From the human T2T-CHM13v2.0 reference genome, Homo sapiens: 64,000 bases of DNA. The stretch lies in assembly GCF_009914755.1 (NCBI RefSeq), contig NC_060943.1; one strand, given 5' to 3'. The notes below the pieces were generated by a model. It had not been told where the DNA came from and did not search any database. It was given only the letters and a program-made list of their open reading frames with translations. How positions within the stretch are numbered: position 1 is the first letter of the stretch; each line of letters begins with the position of its first letter. Below, in pieces: positions 30,818-64,000 of the stretch. The translations under genes were made by a program, and so were the position numbers.

Positions 30818-31105
30818 TTTTTTTTTTTTTTTTTTTTTTTTGAGATGGAGTCTCACTCTGTCACTGAGGCTGGAGAGCAGTGGCGCGATCTCGGTGCCTG
30901 GTTCAAGCAATTCTTCTGCCTCAGCCTCCCGAGTAGCTAGGACTACAGGCACCTGCCACCATGCCCGGCTAATTTTTTGTAATTTTAGTAGAGACGGGGT
31001 TTCACCATGTTACCCAGGATGGTCTCGATCTCCTGACCTCGTGATCCACCTGCCTTGGCCTCCCAAAGTGCTGGGATTACAGGCGTGAGCCACGGTGCCT
31101 GGCCG
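30818..31105 (-). mobile_element. Alu with internal deletion
   Basis: Antisense Alu; GGAGATGCCC flanks both ends. Confidence 0.9.
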
Positions 31106-32944
31106 GAGATGCCCATATTTAATAGAGAACCAAGTGGGTGTAAGAGGGCCCAGGGAAAGCAGACAAAGAGGAATGTTCCTGGTTTGTGCTTACTATCATT
31201 CTCACGGCGGAGCCCACTCAGGTTTGTTGACAATCTGGCCCCTGCCTACCACTCTAACCTCTCCTCCCTCCACATTCCCATGAGCTTACCCTGCTCCATC
31301 CACAATGATCTTCTTTCTGCGTGTCAAATTCCTTCTGCTTTTTTCTGCCTCGGGGTCTTTGCACAAGCTGTTCCCTCTGTCTAAGCTACTCTTACCCCAG
31401 ATCTTCATTAGGATCTAAACTCAAATGTGACCATCTCAGTGAGGTCTCTCCTGACAACTCTAGCTACGGCAGCATCTCAACCCCATCGGTCTCTAACACA
31501 TGGCCCTATTTCAGTTTCTTTGCAGCAATGACCAGTACATGAAATTATATATGTGTTTGTCAATATTGTTGTTTGTCTTCCTACACCAGACTATAAACTC
31601 CACAGGGTTAGAGAAAGTGCATCCCCAACACCGAGACTGCTTGGTTCACAGAGGGTGCTTTTACACATATGGCTCTGTCAGAACTGTCATAGCAACCCTG
31701 TTAGGTATATAGTCTATTAAGGCTGAGAGGCGCTTAGTATCATGATTTAGAGCAGCACTGTCCAATATATGTAGCTATTTAGATTTACCACGTAGCTATT
31801 TAGATTTACATGCTTCATAATGAAATAAAATGAAAACTTCATTTCCTTAGTTGCATTAGCGTCACCTCAAGTGCTCAGCAGCCGCACGTGGCTAGTGGCC
31901 ACCATTCTGGGTAGCACGGATACAGGACATTCCTATCACTGCAGAAAGTTCTACTGGACAGGGCTGGTTTAGAGCATTCACTGCAGATTCATATACTTAG
32001 CTTCGAATCCCAGTCCTGCCAATTACTAGTGGTGTGATTCTGAGTGGACCTTATGCTTTTAGATCTCACTTTTTTCATCTATAAAATGACGCTAATAACA
32101 GTTCCCATCTCATAGTGTTGTAGGAGTTATTATAGGCAAAGGCTCTTAGAAGAGCATCTGGGATGTAGTCAGTGCTAGAAAAAGTATCGACTGTTGCTAT
32201 GACACCTCCATTTTTACTCCCTGAGAAACTGAGGTCCAAAGAAAAGAAATCCTTGTCCTAGTGCACACAGCCAGGAGGTGGAGGGAGCTGAGGTTTGATC
32301 CCGCACCTCTATGATTTCAGAGCCTGGCTAAATCCGATGACACTTTTCAGGTCCCTTCTGGGAAAAATCCCTGAAACTTCTGACCCATTGCTCCCTTATC
32401 TGTTTAGTGGGGGACAGAAGACTCCAAGGGCTCCTCTATCTAGGATAGATGTGAAGGAACTGACTGGAGAGCCAGCCAGAGCCCAGGACATGGGTTGTCT
32501 ATTCTAGGACCTAGTCAGTGGCTTGGGACTCCTTGGGGGTTGGGAAGCCAGGCTGCCCAGGACACAGAAGCATTGGTGTGGCTGAGCCAGTCATGCCAGC
32601 TGCAGCCGAGACCCCTTGTGTGGGCGCTGCCCCTGTGGGTGTAATGGCCCCTGCGGCAGGGACAGAATGCTCATCCCTCCCACCTGCTCAAGCTCTGGGA
32701 CTGCCCCAGGAACTGTACAGAGGGGTTGAACTATTTCCACTTGTTTCCCTGTAGAAGCCTCAGATGCTGCTGCTGCTGCTGCTGGTTTAATTTTTAAATT
32801 TAGTTACTTTTAATACTTTTTAAATTTAGTTACTTTTAATATGCACAGTCCCTATGCTTGTACTGTTTTCTTTGTTTTGTTTTGGTAACATGGGATTTTT
32901 AATTGCTATTTTTAGAGCTTTTAACACATTTTTCTACATTTAAA

Positions 32945-33605
32945 ACTTTTTTAATTGAGGTAAAATTCATATGATATAAAATTAACCATTTTAAGTGTAC
33001 AATTCAGTGGCCTTTAGTGCATTCTCGATGTTGTTCAACCGTCACCCACATCTAGTTTTAAAACACTTTCCTTACCCCTCACCCCATCTCACTAAGCAGC
33101 CATTCCTCTTTCCCTCCCCACTCCTAGTCCCCGACAACCACTATCTACTTTCTGTCTCTAAGGATTTACTTGTTCTGGATATTACGTATCAATGGAATCA
33201 TACACTAGGTAGTCTTTTGTGTCTGGCTGCTTTTACTTTGCATAATATTTTCAAGGTTCACCCATGTTCTAGCATGTATCAGTACTTGATTTCTTTTTAC
33301 AGTTGAATAATATCCTATTATATGGCTATACCACACTTTACCCATTAATCTATTGATGGACATTCGAATCATTTCCATATTTTGACTCTAGTGAATAGTG
33401 TCGCTGTGAACATTCGTGTGTGAATATTTGTGTAATTACCTGTTTTCCGTGCTTTCGGGTACATACCTAGGAGTGGACTTTCAGGGTTATACGGTAGCCC
33501 TATATTTAACTTTTTGAGAAACTGCCAAACTATCTTCTACAGGGGCTATACCAATTTACATTTCCACCAGCAATGTATAAGAGCTCCAATTTCTCCACAT
33601 CCCCT
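32945..33605 (-). mobile_element. L1MB-type 3' fragment
   Basis: TTGAGGTAAAATTCA...AAATTAACCATTTTAAGTGTACAATTCAGTGG. Confidence 0.85.
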
Positions 33606-33734
33606 CAATATACTTTAAAACATTCACAATTATATGGCATAATAATATAATAATTAATGATAATAATTGTTGCTATCATTAATAGGAGGAAACCGAGGCT
33701 CAGGGATATAGTCAATTGAGCAAGTTTATGCATC

Positions 33735-34290
33735 TGTGAGGCAGGCAGAATAATTGTCCCTGAAGATACCCACATCTGACTCCTGGAACCTGGGAGTGTG
33801 TTACTCTCAGATGTGATAAAAATAAGACTGTTAATCAGCTGACCTTGTGGGGAGATTATCCTGGATTACTGGGGTAGGTCCAATGTAATCACAAAGGATC
33901 TTGTAAGTGAAAGAGGGAGGGAAATGGGTAACAGAGGGAGACGGAATGATGAAAACAGAGAATCAGAGCAATGTACGGTGAGAAAGACTTGACCGGCCAT
34001 CGCTGGCCTGAAAATGGGAGAGGGTTGGAGAGAGATTTGAAGACGCCATGCTGTTGGTTAGGAAGATGAAAGAGGCCGACCAGGAGTCAGGAATGTGGGC
34101 AGCCTGTAGAAGCTGCAGAAGGCAAGGAAACAAATTCCTCCTAGAGCCGGCAGAAGGAATGTAGCTTTACCAAGGCTTTTCACTCTATCAACCCATTTCA
34201 GACTTCTCAATTCCAGAACTGTATGATAATAAATCTATGTCGTCTTAAGTCACAAATTTTATGGTAATTTGTTATGGTAGCAAGAAGAAA
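33735..34290 (+). mobile_element. MLT1-type MaLR LTR
   Basis: GGGAGATTATCCTGGATTA...AATGTAATCACAA...GGTAATTTGTTATGGTAGCAA. Confidence 0.8.
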
Positions 34291-34491
34291 CTCAGGCCAG
34301 CCGTAGTGTGGTGGGGCAGGGATTGGCATCCACACTGGATTGACTCAATGTCTGTGATTCTAACTGATTGGCTGTCTGTGACTATAACAACCAGGTTTTT
34401 TGCCGTCTCCAGGTCCAGCACCACTTCCCTGCTCCACATAGACATGAGTGGATCTCACAAACATCACGCTGGGTGAAAAAAAAAAAAAAAG

Positions 34492-34770
34492 ATCCCAGCA
34501 CTATGGGAGGCCGAGGTGGGTGGATCACGAGGTCAGGAGTTCGAGACCAGCCTGGCCAACATGGTGAAACCCTGTCTCTACTAAAAATACAAAAATTAGC
34601 CAGGTGTGGTGGCGCACGCCTGTAATCCCAGCTACTCAGGAGGCTGAGGCAGGAGAATCGTTTGAACCCAGGAGGCGGAGGCTTGCAGTGAGTTGAAATC
34701 GTGCCATTGCAATCCAGCCTGGGCGACAGGGTGAGACCCCGTCTCAATAAATAAATAAATAAATACATAC
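34492..34770 (+). mobile_element. 5'-truncated Alu
   Basis: Alu motifs with (TAAA)n tail. Confidence 0.9.
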
Positions 34771-36593
34771 ATAGCTAGCAAGTTGTGCAAGAAAGATTCA
34801 GTGAAACACCATTTAGAATAAATGTAAAAACACACAAAATAATATTACATACGTGTACTGGAGCCAGCTTATGAGGGTCAATTGTTAACGTTTTCAGTTT
34901 TCTACATTTAAAACATTTTTAAATTGAGGTAAAATTCCTCATTTTAGCTGCTTGCCTAACATAGCCCAATACTCAAAACTAAATTGTATAAACTTGAACA
35001 TAAATAAGTTATAATAAAAATAGAGTAATAAGCACTAAAAGCTCATCACTTCCTAGTTGTGGCTCCCCAAACATGGTGGCGGTGGTGGTTGGTGTGGGGT
35101 GGGTGGGGCAGGTGCTACTGTGTAATTGATAGGGACCAGAGATGTTGCTAAATATCCCACAAAGCGGAAGACAGCCCCCACCACAAAAACGATCTAGTCC
35201 TAAATGTCAGCTGTGCCAATGGTGAGAAATCCTGATCTTCCCTAAAGCATGAGTTCCTCATGAGCAAGGCCAGTATCTGACTCATCTCTGTCCCCAGATC
35301 ACAGTCTGGCAGAGCAGATAATGCTAAAGAATATTAATGATGTTCTACATCCCAGGCATTTGTTGCATTTAAACCCTAGTGTTATGAGTTAGGGACTGTG
35401 ATTATATTTGATAAAGCAAAGAAACAGCTGTGCTGGTAATGAGGCTGCTAAGGAAGGATGGAAAATCGAAACGTAGGACTAATCAGAGAAATCCAAATAT
35501 GCTCCCCCAACCAATCACAATGGCCTCTAATTAACCACTGCCAGCTTCCTTATGCCAACGGCCTCCAACCAGGCACTCTTGAAGCCTTCCCTTTCTTTCA
35601 CTATAAGCTTTCCCACTACCCTGCCTGCCTTTGAGTCTGTGCCAAACACAAATGGTGTCAGTGGCCTCCCTTATTACAGCAAGCTCTGAATTAATAGCCT
35701 TTGCTTGTTTTCATTGGGTGGTCTTTACTTCCGCATAGCACCGGATGTGAAAAGCCTTCCACATGTTTTACGCCTTGTTTCTTCTGCTCATTATAACAAA
35801 TCCTGTAGTATCACGTTTTCCCGGTGATGAGTTGCCAGGACCATGTGCTCACAAAGGAGGGGAGCTCTGAAATATGGCAAATGGCCAACAAGAACTCTCT
35901 CCTCCAGCCTAGTCTGAAGGATCGCTGAGGTATCCCCTAATGTACATGAGATGGTCCAGCTTGTACTAGGGATTGAAACATAGATAGCACCAGAGATGGC
36001 GGCAGGAGAGAGTCCCCTGCAAGAGTGGACATCCCTCCACACCTGGAACTCTTTCCTTCCAGGACACTACACACAACCCTCTGTTTCTATCAGGCTTGAA
36101 GGAAGTACCATAGAAACCTTCAGAGCTTAGATAGACCAGTGGTCTCTACACTCTGCCTTTATTCCAGGAGTCCAGAGGGATACTGGGTCAAGTTCATATT
36201 CCCACTGACAGCTAAAGTTCTTGACTGTCAAAGCAATTTCTAAGAATTACCAGTGGAAACAGTTAGTTCCCTGTGGCTGCTATGAAAAATTATTACAAAC
36301 TTAATGGCTACAACAGTACAAATTTACTATCATACAGGTGTGATATGATAGTATCACATGAGACTGGAAATATCATTATCCCAACTTTATAGATCAAGAA
36401 AATGAAGCACAGAGTGGTTAAGTAACTTGCTCAGTGTACATAGCTAGTAAGTGCTAGAGGTAAGTATAAACGTAGACATCTTTGGAAAGGAATATACACA
36501 AAAATGTAAAAACAATACTTACTTCTGAGTAGAAATACGATAGATGTTGTTTGCTTGCTTTGTTGTTTTTCTGAAATTTACAGTACGTCTAGG

Positions 36594-36910
36594 ACAGGGG
36601 TCCACAAACGTTTTCTATAAAGGGCCGGACAGTAAATATTTTAGGCCTTTTGGCCCAGATGGTCTCTGTCACAACTACAAAGCTCAGTCTTGCAGCCTGA
36701 AAGCTGCTGTAGACAATACATAGTGAAATGGCATGGCTGTGTTCCAATAACACTTTATTCATGGACACTGAAATTCACATTCTATATAATCTTCATGTCA
36801 TGAAATATTTTCTTTTGTTTTTTCCCTCCAACCATTAAAAAAGGTAACAATTACTCTTAGCTCATAGGCCCTACAAAAACAGGAGGAGGGCAGGATTTGG
36901 CCAGCAGATC
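36594..36910. mobile_element. MER58B-like hAT element
   Basis: CAGGGGTCCACAAACGTTTTCTATAAAGGGCCGGACAGTAAATATTTTAGGC. Confidence 0.7.
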
Positions 36911-37161
36911 ATAGGATGACAAGCATCACACTCAGCATGAAACTGTTCTAAAATGTTGCTTTAAGATGAAAAAGCAGATACAGTTCTTTGGTCAGCAGTT
37001 GGTGGCGTGGGCACAGGTCTGGAGACCTGCCAGCCTCCAGGCAGGCTAGAGGGCAGGTGTGGGCAGTTAGTTTTGTCCCTGGAGCCTGGGAAGACGGTGG
37101 GTGACCAGAGAGTCCTGTCTATCCTAGGAGGAGAACATTCAGCCCAAATCCCAGCCCCATC

Positions 37162-61854
<24,693 letters not shown>

Positions 61855-61883
61855 GTAAGTGCTTGGGGTCGTACCATTCCTCA

Positions 61884-63870
<1,987 letters not shown>

Positions 63871-63872
63871 CA

Positions 63873-64000
63873 CAGTTGTCCCTCAGTATCCTCAGGGGTT
63901 GGGTCCAGGACCTCCCCGCAGATAGCAAAATTCCTTGATGTTCAAGTCCGTGATATAAATAGCATAATGCTTGCATTTAACCTATGAACAGCCTCCTGCA
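63873..64000. mobile_element. MER2/Tigger-like element, partial
   Basis: CAGTTGTCCCTCAGTATCC...GGTCCAGGACCTCCCCGCAGATAGCAAAATTCC. Confidence 0.65.

Noticed and set aside
36940-37150. AGAACA/TGTTCT half-sites as androgen response elements in the EDDM13 promoter
   Set aside because: Second half-sites match poorly; not distinguishable from chance

Overview
Primate (almost certainly human) genomic DNA, rich in Alu/L1/L2/MLT/MER repeats. The two recognisable genes place it at 19q13.43. (1) A + strand ZSCAN5-family gene (ZSCAN5D/'ZSCAN5DP' by sequence and position): four coding exons (8285-11738) splice into an uninterrupted 501-aa SCAN + 5xC2H2 ORF, with a candidate non-coding exon 1, a CCAAT/TATA-like promoter and tandem DUX4-consensus sites upstream. 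(2) The 5' part of EDDM13, a secreted epididymal protein gene: a signal-peptide exon followed by 11 phase 1-1, 3n exons of 6-54 nt over 25 kb, continuing beyond the window. The most striking structure is inside EDDM13. Its microexons form two homologous modules (18/6/9/9/27 nt). Module 2 has a dead 9-nt microexon (GT>CT donor), the 54-nt exon between the modules is an exonised L2 fragment, and intron 6 holds an in-frame 131-nt cryptic exon ending TGA|GTAAGT. There are also three VNTRs, a YY1/CTCF motif cluster and several small near-perfect duplications. Gene names and paralogue comparisons are from memory, not a search. Repeat boundaries and subfamilies are approximate.
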